A DNA stretch of 64,000 bases from Octopus bimaculoides (lineage: Eukaryota): NCBI RefSeq assembly GCF_001194135.2, contig NC_068985.1, positions 7,010,181 through 7,074,180 of the forward strand, written 5' to 3'. Of this stretch, positions 39,601 to 52,939 are shown piece after piece (positions within the stretch are counted from its first letter, which is position 1; every line of letters begins with the position of its first letter). The notes beneath the pieces are model-generated. The model saw only the letters and a program-made list of their open reading frames with translations. It was not told where the DNA came from and did no database searches. The position numbers were made by a program, and so were the translations under genes.

Positions 39601-40576
39601 ATGTGTTGTGTCTGTCTGTATTTTCTCCCACAACTGCTCAAGAATCGGTGCTGGTGCATCTACCTCTACGTACCAAGAACTTGGCATTTCTGAAAAGAGG
39701 TCGATCAAATAAGTACTGCGTTATTAAAATCTTACTAAGTTGCCATTCGTTATCCACAAAATCTTCAATATAGTGCTCCAGCAAGGCCGCACTTTCATGA
39801 CTAAAACGAGTAAAAGATAGAGAAGATACGCACACAGATACGTATATATATAATATAGGTATCTGTTGTTATGAGATGTAGGTGTAATGAGAATATAATG
39901 AATTTATACCCGACAAGACCCGACGCTTGTTCAATAACTGAATTTCCTAAAATTACAATACATTTATCCTTCTTTATGCAGACTTAGGACCTTTTGGGTA
40001 CAAAGTTCGAAATAAGAGATCGAGTGAGATGTATACTGTTTGTCAGGCATTAGTAAGGTGAATTAAGGAAATTTCTGCTATGATGAACAGATAATCAAGT
40101 ATGAGTATTCAAATGTATATCAGATTAGTATTCACTACCCACTGTTCCTCTTAGTAATGCAACATTTTCGGACTGATTGTTTACATTTCAAATATTTTGA
40201 ATGTAATCCTTTTTTCCGAGAAATCAACATCACAAGATGACATTTGACCATAGATAACAAACAATAAATCTCGTTCTTCCAGGTGGAATAATAATACAAG
40301 AAAGAATGCGTTCATTCAATGCATATTTATCTATTTATCTACTTAACAATTCGTTATAGTGTATATATATATACATACAGAGAGAGAGAGAGAGAGAGAG
40401 AGAGTCCGTGCGTGTATGTATGTATGTATGTATGCATATATATATATATATATATATATATGAGATTTACATATGACTTTCTATTAGTTACATACATACA
40501 TTATAAAACCTAATTATATGCCAGATATACATACAATATCTAGTTGTCTTTTACTATACTGATACATTGATACATA

Positions 40577-40638
<62 letters not shown>

Positions 40639-40783
40639 NNNNNNNNNNNNNNNNNNNNNNNNNNNNNNNNNNNNNNNNNNNNNNNNNNNNNNNNNNNNNN
40701 NNNNNNNNNNNNNNNNNNNNNNNNNNNNNNNNNNNNNNNNNNNNNNNNNNNNNNNNNNNNNNNNNNNNNNNNNNNNNNNNNNN

Positions 40784-40819
<36 letters not shown>

Positions 40820-41162
40820 TTACAGAGCACGAGAAAAAGACGGAGTGAGAAAATGAGAAAGAGACATAAAGAGAGTTGAAGTGGAGCACAAAACTGAAAC
40901 TTATCTGCAGACATATAGCAAGATAGATGTTTATACCAATTGATACGGAGACATTATAGGATAACAATAGGATAAGAAGAGCAAGTATTAACCATATTAT
41001 TTTCGACTGGGAAATATTCATATCTACATAAAAGGACTATATACGCCCTTACATTCCGACTGTATGCATGAATGTGCTCTTAGTCTTCAAATTACTATAA
41101 TAATATATATACTATTATTGTGGTTTCTAGAATTGTACTGAACTGTTTAGAAAACATTGTGA

Positions 41163-41224
<62 letters not shown>

Positions 41225-41587
41225 TGTGTATGTATGTGCGTTGATATGAATGTTTTCCCATTTTATTCGTCGTTATATTTATGCATCATGTCAGCTGGCT
41301 ACAATTGGAAGTTAACACGTCCAATAGACTGTGAATTAAGAATAGTTCTTACAAATAAGTCGGATGTTTGAATGATGCTTCTCTAACGTATATGTCGCAG
41401 TGAAATAAATAAATCTCATATGACTAAATGTTGATAGGACAAGTTCGAACGGTTACCAGTTTGTTTCAAGGAGCAATTTTGTGGTATGTTCCGACTGCAA
41501 ACACAAGTCCAATGCGGGCTTCGATGACTGCGATATCTTACATGCTTTATAACTTCAGGACATTTCGGTAATCATCTCTTACGTTTC

Positions 41588-41811
41588 CCTTGTTTCAGTC
41601 ATTAGGCTGCGACCATGCTGTGGCACTGCCATCAAAAGTAGTACTTGTTTTTATTTTAAACCTTGCACATATTTTATCAATCCGCTAAGTTACAGAGAGG
41701 GAAACACGCCATCACCGGTTGTCAAACCGTGGGGGAACGGACGTACACACACATTCACTCACAAACACATTTACATATACACATGCACTCACACACACAC
41801 ATTCACTCACT

Positions 41812-41830
<19 letters not shown>
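41588..41830 (-). mobile_element. SINE family A, 3' part
   Basis: tttcagtcattaggctgcgaccatgctgtggcactgcc...ccgctaagttacag..aaacacgccatcaccggttgtcaa followed by (CA)n. Confidence 0.7.
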
Positions 41831-41852
<22 letters not shown>

Positions 41853-42859
41853 GACATTATTCAGTTTATTTCAAGATTTCTTGCTAATAAAGAACCGGTT
41901 TCTAACCTAGATCCAAGACTTCTTCACTAGAATTTCAACATCAACAACAAGGTATTTTTGTATGTATATGTGCAGATTTGTATGTTTTATTTATGTATTG
42001 TCATGTATATAGTTGCATATCTAGTCGGTGGCCGGCCAAAATTTATTCTAATAATTTAAAATTTGGATATGACCTAATAGCATCAAACAGTATGTTTATA
42101 GATGCTACTGAATGAACTTCAGGAATTCTTTCGTATCCCTTGATTATATAACGTATGAGAAAAAGAGAAAATGGAACTCACGTGATTCTTTATGAGTAGT
42201 ACGATCGTTTCGACCCAACGTGGGTCGATACCTGGCGGGTGAGATTCTGTACAACTTGTTGTGATGCATTATTCAGTGTAGATGTGCCTCTCCATGTGAC
42301 TTTTCAAAATGTACCACGTTCGTTAAATTCGGTTTCGCACAGTTTTATTAGACTATGATACATTTCTTTATTTGCTTGTTGCTGGTTGTGTACAGGGCGT
42401 GTCATGCTTTGAAATGACGCAGACTGAAGTACAGTTAATTTTATATGAAATGAACCTATTTACAATTAATCGTAAATAAAATACGTATAAAGGAATAAAA
42501 CTAGACTAAATAGATATACACTTAGCTTGTTAATGAGTTCCTATCCTTGTATTGAAAAAGAAATACATTAAATAAAATCATAAAATGATAAGACAACCAA
42601 GTATGCTCAGTTGCTTCATTGCAGGAGAGGTCGTTGAAAAGTTCTTAGCTTTCGCTGAAAGAATATACAGGAGGATCAGTTAATTATGATTTTATAAAAC
42701 ATATACCCCTCTGAGATTCTCTCACTTATCGCAGCGGTCCTTCATTTTCTTTGCCCTGTAAAAGAACTTTGGAAATGTTGGGTCTTCGCGATATCCTTAA
42801 AACCAGCAACGTTTCAGCCCCCCCCCCTTGTATAGCTTTTATTTGTTGAACTCATTAGA

Positions 42860-43180
42860 GAGCGACCATGCTGTGGCACCGCGTCGATGGATTTAGCTGA
42901 CCAAATCGATTCCAGAACTATACTGAGGGTATCGATTTGCTGGACCACTAATTCACGGGTAAATAGAGAAAGTGATACTGATTATCCAGGTGGGGACAAA
43001 CACTATCACACACAAACACATGCGATGTGCTTCTTTCAGTTTCCCTACATGACATCCACTCTGAAAGCGTTGTTAGGACCGAGGCTATACTAGAAGACAC
43101 TCAAACTGCCGCGCAGTGGGTCTGAACCTGGAACATGTGGTTGGCAAGCATGCGTCTTACAACACAGCCAAACCTGCACC
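42860..43180 (-). mobile_element. SINE family A
   Basis: gcttctttcagtttcc...gaggctatactagaagacact...gcagtgggtctgaacctggaacatgtggttgg...acacagcc. Confidence 0.75.
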
Positions 43181-44837
43181 TATACGTACATATATATGCA
43201 TTTATGTATATATATGTGTGTGTGTGTGTGTGTGTAGAGGAAGATATATATGTATACATGCGTGTGTATATATATATATATATACGTATGTGTATGTGTG
43301 TATATGAATGTGTGTGTGCGTGCGTATTCCTGTGTATGTTGCTACGTGTATGTGTGTGTGTGTGTGTGTAAGCGAGAGGGTATGAATGAGACTTGCACGA
43401 CGTGATATTGGTTTATTGACTGTGACTTATTTCTCTGGTTATCTCTGCCCCTTTGGGCAATATATTTAGGATTTTGAATCTTTTTGAATGTTAGCAATTT
43501 CATGATATTGAGATGCTACTTTGAGCATAACATTGACATTAAATATGCATATTTTTTTTTTATCTGGCATATGAACACACCTTTCTATTACTGTGTATAT
43601 GATCGTTGAACGATATCCTCCGGGTTATATTACTATTTAATGTCCCTAATTACCTAAGCACTTCATAAAAGTTAGTTCTTTTTTTTTCACTATTGACGTC
43701 TTTGTATATTTCCTTACGTAATTAACCTTGGGATATAAATATTTAACATGTTGTGTAATGGAGGCTGTTGCACATTTTCAATTCCCATAGTTACTTTATT
43801 AGTAAAACATTGAATATTTATAAATAGGATTATATCTTCCCTAACTTTGTATTGCGAAACTGACATTTTAAACTGAGCTTGTAACGTTTTATGTCCTAGA
43901 ACATCTTAATAGGATAGAAAAAATTTAGTAATAGTCATATTTGCGAAATGCGATAGAGAGGCCGATCTCCCGATTAGAGAACGGTGCTATCTAGTTATAT
44001 AATTTACTCTCTACGTTCAAATATTGAGCGTGTCTGTTCTATAGTTTTCACTTCTAAGACCAATTATATAAAAGACACGGTGCAATCAGATATAGATCCT
44101 ATTGATGTATGTGATCATATGCCAAAGACAGTTGAGTTTACAAGAACTGTGACATGTGAGGGAGATTGAATTGAGGGTTCTTCTCAAGTAAAGAGATGGG
44201 CATACATTTCATCCACCTTTGTAAGCGTAGAAGTAAACATTTACCAGTGAATGTCTTTAGAAAAATTCTCAAACTTACATGAAGCTGTTTCCTTTCGTAA
44301 AATATATCCTTTACTATTTTCTGTTTCAAGTGTCATAGAGTGGGCAACATACTAAGACTTGGCAGCAATATTCCTTCAGTATTTTTTTCCTAATATAAAT
44401 GTTTATTTCCTTTTACGCTAAATTTATTCCACTTCATATATTATACATACTCATGGCATTTCGAATAAAATCAGATATTACGTTTTTTTTAATCTTTGGC
44501 AGGCTCAAATATATCCAAGCAATAATACTTCGTAAAACAATGGCAGCGATTTTATTTTGAGTGAATTTGATAAATAGTTTGCAGACACGACGTCTCCTGC
44601 TTGGAATGTTTGTTTATTAATCATAATTTGTGAAACCAATTCCTTGAATGTCATTGCGTTGTGTCAGTAAACAAGGTAGCTCATTTCGCGTTATTTCACT
44701 ATACCTAGCCGCATTGAGTTCCTGACGGGTGCTGGCATTGCATTTCTCCCGGAAAATATTATATCATGGATATTTGCTGGTGAAATGTATGGGACCCAAG
44801 CGGGGCGTATATCCGCACGCGACTATATAGTCAACTA

Positions 44838-44981
44838 GCTACGTTCTGAGTCCAAATTCCACCTGTGCCTTTCATTCTTTCAGGGCCGATAAATTGAATA
44901 CCAATGAAAAACTGGGGTTGACGTAATCGAGTAACCCTCCAGCCACAAATTTCAGGCCTTGTGCCTTTAGTAGAAAGGATG

Positions 44982-45033
<52 letters not shown>
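44838..45033 (+). mobile_element. SINE family B with (ATT)n tail
   Basis: tacgttctgagtccaaattcc...gcctttcattctttcagggccgataaa...ggccttgtgcctttagtagaaagg, then (ATT)n at 44982-45033. Confidence 0.8.
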
Positions 45034-45034
<1 letters not shown>

Positions 45035-45460
45035 CATATGAAATATCACAGCTTGTTTTACTGGGTAAGTGTCGGCTGTCCACAGCCAACGGACTAAGTT
45101 GACACTTGGTTTATTGGTCGTGCTTCAAGAACTCTGCGAAGGATTCTTGCAGTTCCAAGCAATGTTGGCTTTTGTAGGTGTTCTACCTTCACACTTTCAC
45201 CGATCGTTTTCAGCCATGTTCATGGGTGAGTGCTGATACTTCCGAGTGCACCAGTTATTACTGGTATCACGTCTACTCTATTGATTGACCACAACCATCG
45301 TATTTCCCACTTTTATTCGTCGTAGTTGTTTATTTTTTCGTCTTTCACATTCATCCTCTTGTCACCGTCACCTGCTATGTCGATAATCATACATGTTCTT
45401 TTTTTTTTTTATTCACCACAATAATGTCCAGTTTCTGGTGTCTGGTCGGGTGATCGCACT
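45035..45460 (-). mobile_element. Dong/R4-type LINE, 5'-truncated 3' fragment (restriction-like endonuclease)
   Basis: Minus strand reads HQKLDIIVVNK..TCMIIDIA (PD..D type), KWEIRWLWSINRVDVIPVITGALGS, EHLQKPTLLGTARILRRVLE, with frameshifts. Confidence 0.85.
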
Positions 45461-45619
45461 TAATAATGATGATAATAATATTTATTATTATTATTATTAT
45501 TGTTATTATTATTATCATTTTTTTATATTAAAATTCCTTAAGTGTGTGCCAGGTGAGTAGACATCCACTTTCCATTTCTTCATGCTAAAGCTAATTAATT
45601 CTCAGTATTATCATTGTTT

Positions 45620-46111
45620 TTGTTTTGTTCTTGTTGTTCGTGATATGGGCAAATTCCGATCTCTTCTACCTCCAAATCTGTCAACCGCTTTCTTTTCCTA
45701 ATAGCATTAGCTTGATCTACTAATCTCTTCTCAGTTCCTTTAAGCATTCCCTTCTGTACCCAAAGTGGTAATATCCGTTTTCTATAGCCCCTTCTTTTAG
45801 GTTCACTTTCTAAATAGCACAGCATCTCTATCCTGTATTCTGTGCTGGTCCACACCCCCCTTTTTACACAATTGTCTGCTGACGTTGTATTAGGATAACA
45901 ACTGCGGTCAGTCTGCATCTTTACTGAACCACTGCCGAGCAAGAGTCCTTCTGATGAAGGTCCGGCTTCATTTTCGATGTTACACTCAAGATTTCTTCGG
46001 AAAATCCTATTTCTAATAAAGTGGGGAAAGATGATGTTCGTCACCAACGTCATCACGAGTTATTTTTCGACATCTTTCGACCAGCTTTCTATTGCATTGT
46101 TTGTTGCACCT
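45620..46111 (-). mobile_element. Dong/R4-type LINE, 5' fragment
   Basis: WTSTEYRIEMLCYLESEPKRRGYRKRILPLWVQKGMLKGTEKRLVDQANAIRKRKRLTDLEVEEI resembles the N-terminal block I recall from Dong/R4-clade ORFs. Begins right after the (AAT)n tract at 46112. Confidence 0.75.
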
Positions 46112-46275
46112 TTATTATTATTATTATTATTATTGTTGTTGTTATATTATCATTATTAGCATCATCATCATCATTATCAATCATCATTATCATCATCATC
46201 AGTATCATTATTATTATCATTATCATTATCTTCATCATTATTGTCTTCATCATCATTATCTTCCTCATTATGATT
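46112..46275. repeat. (ATT)/(ATC) compound trinucleotide repeat
   Basis: Visible directly in sequence. Confidence 0.9.
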
Positions 46276-48466
46276 AGCGTTTTAATTCGCTTCAAGCATT
46301 TTAGTACATAAGTAGAAAATGAAAAGGAAAAGAAAGCTTTGAACAATGCCTTGTTAGAAGCTTTCATCATTTTCCTTTTTTTACTACTACTATTACAACT
46401 ATAAGTATTATAATTATCATTTTTATCATTATTATTATTGTTAGTAGTAGCAGTAGCAGTAGCAGCTGCCGCAGTGTTTCGTTCTACATCTAAAATTTAC
46501 TTTCTGAATCATTTCCACGTAAGTGGTGATCACTTAAAACACCGTTTGTTACTTCACATTACGTTTCCAATATAAGTTGGACTTCATTATTGTCTCATAA
46601 ACTTTGAATACAGCCACACCAAGCTATATTATTTATTAACGATTACAACATTCAGAATCGCAGACTGTTTCGATGTTCATTGTACAATGAATAACGATAG
46701 AAGACGATTGTTATATACGTTTTGTATAATTGCTTTCTCTGAATATATTTATTTTATTGACATATAGCGAATATTTGATGAGTCTTGTTCTGTAAGCGAT
46801 ACCTTACTAAATTATATCTTGTCTCCCTCATTTAACATCTTCATCAAGTGATAAGATTAATCTGTTATCACACTGATCTAAGCGCAGCAATATATTGCGC
46901 CATTTTCATTTCCTTGCCTATTCGATTGAGTGCCAACGCAAACAAAAATTTACCATCAAATTGACAATCAAACTATAAGCAACGTTCATTAGCTACTCAT
47001 TCTTTTTCAGCGGATCATCGATCTGTATCGCAATCAATGACATTCCAATAAAGACCATTTGGTTTTTCTGTTTACATCAATAACTCAACCGACCAACGAT
47101 TGTCATTATTGACTTCTGTTTTACGCAGCTCTTTTTTTTTTTTTTTTTTTTTAGTCCATTTATTTGGAGATTATATTTTCCTTGTTATTTGTTTAGTATT
47201 TCCTCTAACAGAAATCATTATTAGCATTTGGGTTTTGTTTTTTTTTTTTGTTTGTGGTATTGGTATAAGTCGCAGATTACTAGGAAAAGTGGATTGCTGC
47301 ACATGAAATAGCAGTCGTATTTAGAGATTCTGTGATAAGTAACTCATTGTAACTCATGTGCTTTGTCTAATATATTATTGTTACTCTTAACTAGTTTTCC
47401 TCTTTTCAGTCAGTGCCTCCAATCATTCCTGCCCCGTACCAGATTTGTTCTTTGCTGCCCTGCTATGTTGTATATCGTACTTCATAACAGACAAGCGAGT
47501 ATAGCAAGAGACACGTCATTGTCAGGAAGAAACCTCGCAAAGGTGACACAATACAATAGACAAATTCAAACCAATAATTTTCTTCAACTAGGATAACGCT
47601 ATTTTGATAAAGGCGCTCCTTAGCAAAAAAGATTATACCCAACAGTTTAATGATCAAAACTCTAACAAAAGTAATTCATATAGCAACCACCATATATTCA
47701 TGGTCGATTCTTTAAACTGCATCGATCTAAATTTTTTGGTGTACTCCTTAGCATAACCGGTTGGTGTCCCGTTCTTTGGGGATAGACTGCTAATATTTAC
47801 AACACCATCTGCTCTGGCGTTCAATCCATATCAAAACAATTTCACTTCGCATGTTCACGTAGGCAGGCTTATCCTATTATTTTTTATGTTTTAGCGTGAC
47901 TTCATTGCTTTGAGTGTTGATGATGATCAAGACTTTCCCAGTAGAGCAGAAGCAAATTAGAACCATAAATGTTAACTTGAATGATGTCTCTGGTATTTAA
48001 ATACCTCAGGGGTCAAGTAGCTGGATAATTACGAAAGGGTAACAAAAAGTAACGAAGGAAAGAATTAAGTAGAATAATGGAAGCGGTAAGGGGTTATGCA
48101 CTTGATGAGGTACATGTATATGAATAGTAGCTTATTTCTCAGCACAAGTTGTTGAATCTACAGGTCTGTGGTGGAAATCGAGATTGGCAACTCGATAACA
48201 TAATCCAGCCGCATTCACAAATAGTCGAAGCTGAAACTCTCTCTCAAGAACCAGCTAAAAGTGGCTATCTTCTGTATTATTTTGTTGGTTTCCTACCGCA
48301 TGGCCTATATATCATGTGAACGTCATGCGCTAAGACTAAAACTTCCTGAGAGATTCCTGAATGACAACCAATCTGACCCAGTTCTATATTTAAGAGATGA
48401 GGAATTATGTATATTATTTACATTATTTACATTTGACGGATATTTGTCCTCATCTTGTTTGCTGTT

Positions 48467-48512
48467 AACACAACGTTTTAGCTGATATACCCTCGAACCT
48501 TTATCAGGTGTA
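48467..48512 (-). ncRNA. Degenerate hammerhead motif (left arm)
   Basis: TACAC-CTGATAA-A-GGTTC..CAGCT-AAAA-CGTT-GTGTT. G8 and G12 mutated; palindromic ACGT stem III intact. Confidence 0.6.
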
Positions 48513-48596
48513 TTGGGGAAATTTCAAACCTAGGTTCTCATTCCTAAGTATTTTTCGATGTTGTTGTTTTTGTTGTTGTTATTATTATTATTGTTA

Positions 48597-48634
<38 letters not shown>

Positions 48635-48684
48635 ACCTCGAAAAATACCTTAGGTATGAGAACCCAGGTTCGAAATTTTCCCAA

Positions 48685-48731
48685 GACACTTGATGAAAGC
48701 TGAAGGGTATATCAACCAAAACTCTAGCGTT
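48685..48731 (+). ncRNA. Degenerate hammerhead motif (right arm)
   Basis: GACAC-TTGATGA-A-AGCTG..CAACC-AAAA-CTCTAGCGTT. C3, G12 and stem III mutated. Confidence 0.5.
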
Positions 48732-50082
48732 AACAACAAAAAAGATGATGACAAATATCCATCAAATGTAAATAATATACAATCTCACCCAGTCCCCTAT
48801 TATTGTGTATCGGCTAAAACCCGACACCGTGGGAAAAGGAAAAGATTGCAGACCCAATATACTTACCAAAAGGCATGGAGCGGAAAGCCAAATTACCCTT
48901 TGAGTTATCTACTAGCACAGAATAGGTGATTAACCCGCTCCTTCTCATTACTTTTCAACCAACTTTAAAAGTAGGTAGTATACAATCGTGTTGCTTGGCT
49001 TCCCTGGAAGCAGGGTCACCTGCTCAGTGACCTTAGCCCAATAGGTTTGGATGTAATAGCCATCAACGAGATCGGGATTTCCTCTGAGACCTTCATATCT
49101 CTTACTCGATCAAGAATATAGGTTTGGTCTGGTGGTGCCGTTCCAGAATGCCTGGGTCTCAAGGTTCGGTCAATCAACTAGGACTCGAGCGGTAGATCGT
49201 GGTTCTGTGCATAAACAGTATCGAAAATAAATGGTGTCTGTAGACTAGTTGCTGCGTTTGCCCTGACTGGGGAATGGCATCTTGATTTCCTCAGGTTTTC
49301 AGAAGTTTTACTGTTGGTGGAGGATTGGAACGCTGACTTGGATGGACGTCTGGATTGTATAGAGCTAGATAAGAGCAAAATCGATCAGAAGCCTCGATCA
49401 GAAACCGTTATCTTTGTTTTTATTTTTAATGTTCCCGTTCGTATTATTATTATTATTATTATTATGATTAATATTATTATCGTAATTATAAATCATTATT
49501 AAACACACTTTTAGAAAACATACTTTTCAGAACGTATGATTTTATTATCATCCTTACTAAAATAATTGCTCTCATCATCATTAGCAACATCATTATCATC
49601 ATGCCTATTACCAGCTCCATTATATTTTTGGCTATCGTTTGTTGTTAGGTTTATATATATATATATATATATATNNNNNNNNNNNNNNNNNNNNNNNNNN
49701 NNNNNNNNNNNNNNNNNNNNNNNNNNNNNNNNNNNNNNNNNNNNNNNNNNNNNNNNNNNNNNNNNNNNNNNNNNNNNNNNNNNNNNNNNNNNNNNNNNNN
49801 NNNNNNNNNNNNNNNNNNNNNNNNNNNNNNNNNNNNNNNNNNNNNNNNNNNNNNNNNNNNNNNNNNNNNNNNNNNNNNNNNNNNNNNNNNNNNNNNNNNN
49901 NNNNNNNNNNNNNNNNNNNNNNNNNNNNNNNNNNNNNNNNNNNNNNNNNNNNNNNNNNNNNNNNNNNNNNNNNNNNNNNNNNNNNNNNNNNNNNNNNNNN
50001 NNNNNNNNNNNNNNNNNNNNNNNNNNNNNNNNNNNNNNNNNNNNNNNNNNNNNNNNNNNNNNNNNNNNNNNNNNNNNNNNNN

Positions 50083-50478
50083 GAAAGGGGTCAGTCGATT
50101 AGATCGACTCCAGTACGCAACTGGTACTTAATTTATCGACCTGGAAAGGATGAAAGGCAAAGTCGACCTCGGCGGAATCTGGACTCTGGACGTAACGGCA
50201 GACGAAATACCGCTAAGCATTTTGCCCGGCGTGCTACCGTTTCTTATTTCATTACTGCCCACAAGAGGATAAACACAGAGGAGACAAACAAGGACAGACA
50301 AAGGGATTAAGTCGATTATATCGACTTTAGTACGCAACTGGTACTTAATTTATCGACCTGGAAAGGATCGAAGGCAAAGTCGACCTTGGCGGAATCTGAA
50401 CTCAGAACGTAAGACAGACGAAATACCGCGAAGCATTTCGCCCGGCGCGATAACGATTCTGCCCGTTCGCCGCCTTAT
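50083..50478 (-). mobile_element. Two adjacent SINE family B copies (second has a variant 3' tail)
   Basis: 50083-50240 and about 50245-50478 each contain gtacgcaactggtacttaatttatcgacctggaaagga..ggcaaagtcgacc..ggcggaatct. Confidence 0.88.
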
Positions 50479-50951
50479 TTGCAGCACATATTAGAAAGCT
50501 AGCAATTTATGAAATTGCTTTGAATGTTCTAACAAGCAACTGAAATAAAAATAACTAAGGCATACAACTACTCTTTACATGCCAAATTAAAGATGAAAAT
50601 GAGTTTCCAAGCAATTAAATTTGCTATTTATTTATGTGTTTCAGCCAAGTGGCTGCGGTCATGCTGGTGCATTAGAGTAGGTTATTGTAAGCAATAATTT
50701 TGTGAAATGATGGTGTGAGCGTTTTGACCCTGAACAAGTAACCTTCAGCCATCTTAATAACGATTCATTTTGAAATATCCGCGCTTGAGTGTAATTTCAT
50801 TTTCATTCTAAATACAGAATATACGCGTTGTGTCTGAGTGCGTGCGTGTGTGCGTGTGTGCGTGTGTACATGTGCACGTTTGGTATGTGCGTTAGTTTCC
50901 GTTTACCTTTACTTTAGCCATCTTTCTTCCCTTTCTATTTAATTTGTAGAC

Positions 50952-51369
50952 GAATGGTTCTCAACCGGGATCCATATGACAGTTGCGGGTCCATATAACA
51001 TTTTGCTGTTAAAAGTTATGGGCAACAGATTGGTTATACTTCTACAGCACATGAAATATTCTTTTATTTGTTTGTCATTTGACTGCTGCCATGCTGGAGC
51101 ACCGCCTTTAGTCGAACAAATAGACCCCAGGACTTATTCTTTGTACTCTACGCATTTAATCGATGGGAGGTGTTTTGTTTTAGTATATGAAAACTCCGCC
51201 GCTATCACTTTCAAACGCCATAAAACTTTGCCGAACTGCTAAGTTACGGGGACATAAACACACAAACATCATCGGTTGTCAAGCTATGGTGGGACGAACA
51301 CACACATGCACGCACACACAAATATNNNNNNNNNNNNNNNNNNNNNNNNNNNNNNNNNNNNNNNNNNNN

Positions 51370-51419
<50 letters not shown>

Positions 51420-51722
51420 GATGGGCTTCTTTCAGTTTCCGTCTACCCAATCCACCCACAAGGCTTTGGTTGGCCCGAGGCTAGAGTAAAAGACACTTGC
51501 CTAAGGTGCCACGCAGCGGGACGATCCTCGGAACCGTGTGGTTGGTGAGCAGGTTACTTACCACACAGCCATGCCTTCGACTATCTTAACATTTTTTTTT
51601 ATATATAATTCCTAATAATAGTGATTTAGATGGATTTTTTGAAACATGGGATGGTTATGAAGTTTCAGTAGAGAAAATACGAATCAAAGGAGTCCATAGA
51701 CAAAAATGGTTGCGAACCACCA
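50952..51722. mobile_element. hAT (Charlie-like) MITE hosting a SINE
   Basis: Left end gaatggttctcaaccggg..tccatatga; right end ggagtccataga..atggttgcgaaccacca. 8-bp flanks ttgtagac and ccgtagat share gtaga. Confidence 0.6.
51070..51577 (-). mobile_element. SINE family A, full length (spans a gap)
   Basis: gccatgctggagcaccgcctttagtcga...gatgggcttctttcagtttccgtctacc...ttaccacacagcca. Confidence 0.88.
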
Positions 51723-52939
51723 CCGTAGATAGACATACATGTGTATCGTCCTTTTTATTTCCTCTCTTGTTATCTGTATTTCTCTCACACAAACCATCTT
51801 TCTCTTTCTTAGGTCGTGGCTTACTTGTAGCGCACAAACATCTAATAATGTACAAGAAGCCTGCTTTCCGATTGACGGAATCTCTACACTCACAGCAACG
51901 GTTTCACTTCTAAGTATTATTTTACAACGGAAAGAAGAGTTTCACTAAATATCTGAGAGACAAGGGAGTTGACAAAATTACAAAATTTGCATGTTTTAAT
52001 GTGGTAATATTAACCCTACAATCTAGACTTTTTCTTTCATTTAGCGTATTGCATATATTTGTATTCTTACACTTAATCTCTAAATAAGTTTGGAGTTAGG
52101 AAAAAAATCATTTGCTTTGATATCCTGAGATTCTACTTTGCGGTTCACATCTGCACTGCACTTGCTGATCACATCAGTCACGGGCACCACAGAACATCAA
52201 CAAATACTTTTATAGATCTCAAAATAAATATCCACATTGCTTACCATATAGTAACTTTAAATGATTTTTTTCTGATCCGCAGTAACAACGTCCAATTTTC
52301 AAAAATTTTATTTACCAACCTTCAACCTGGGTGCAAATATTCGAAGCACATCAGCAAGTAAATACGGCATATTTTGATTTTCTTTTTCTCACAGTTAAGT
52401 AAATACACCCACCATAACGATTCTCAAACTTTTTACCATTCCAATTCTGCAACAGCACCAGCAGCCATTCAGGAAATACGAATTTGCTTTTGACTTGGAC
52501 GAAGAGTTAATTCAACTTCATACAGTATGCATCATTCACTCACTTTTAACTAACCATGACCTTTCCGTGCAGATAAATTAATCAATGCTTCTCTACAGTT
52601 CCTAAATTATATGATATTTATCGCGTTCATATTTTTCTTCCTTCTGGCAGCCCTTCCCATTAAATGCATTTTCGAAACAGTCTGCTAAAAGTGGAAAAAT
52701 GTATTTTCTTATTAATAAATTATAAATTAATCAGCAGAGATTAACATTTATTCCCACACATGCAGATTTGAGTGATAAAAGCTTCTGAGTTTCAGGCGAT
52801 CTCATGAAATAAATGTTCATGTATTCTGTCGTCATCCTGAAATTATTTAAACCGGAATAATTTCATGTTTGCATGCTTAATGTGCTACTTTTTGTATGGA
52901 TATGAAAGATGACATCACCACAAGAGATGAAAAAAAGCA

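Larger units (their letters stand above)
48383..48779. mobile_element. Fold-back cassette: two inverted arms of the hammerhead repeat around (TTG/ATT)n, with a 14-bp TSD
   Basis: Left arm about 48383-48560 (minus), right arm about 48632-48779 (plus). Flanks caatctgacccagt (48369-48382) and caatctcacccagt (48780-48793). Confidence 0.85.
48150..49400 (+). mobile_element. Decayed Tx1/L1-type LINE (ORF1 end and APE endonuclease), interrupted by the fold-back cassette
   Basis: LSDLSPIGLDVIAINE (49023-49070) and LLVEDWNADLDGRLDC (from 49311; GDWN-like motif). The frame LPERFLNDNQSDPV/PYYCVSAKTRHRGK rejoins across the insertion. 5' limit uncertain. Confidence 0.7.

Noticed and set aside
41420-41580. 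Cys-containing open frame on the minus strand as a host exon
   Set aside because: No polypyrimidine acceptor or consensus donor, and no recognisable domain.
42200-42240. gaccc-acgtt-gggtc-GAAAC on the minus strand as another hammerhead
   Set aside because: Stem and GAAAC are present, but there is no CUGANGA core upstream.
45945-45975. CTGATGA-AGG as a hammerhead core
   Set aside because: No stem II or GAAA follows, and it lies antisense within the Dong-like ORF.
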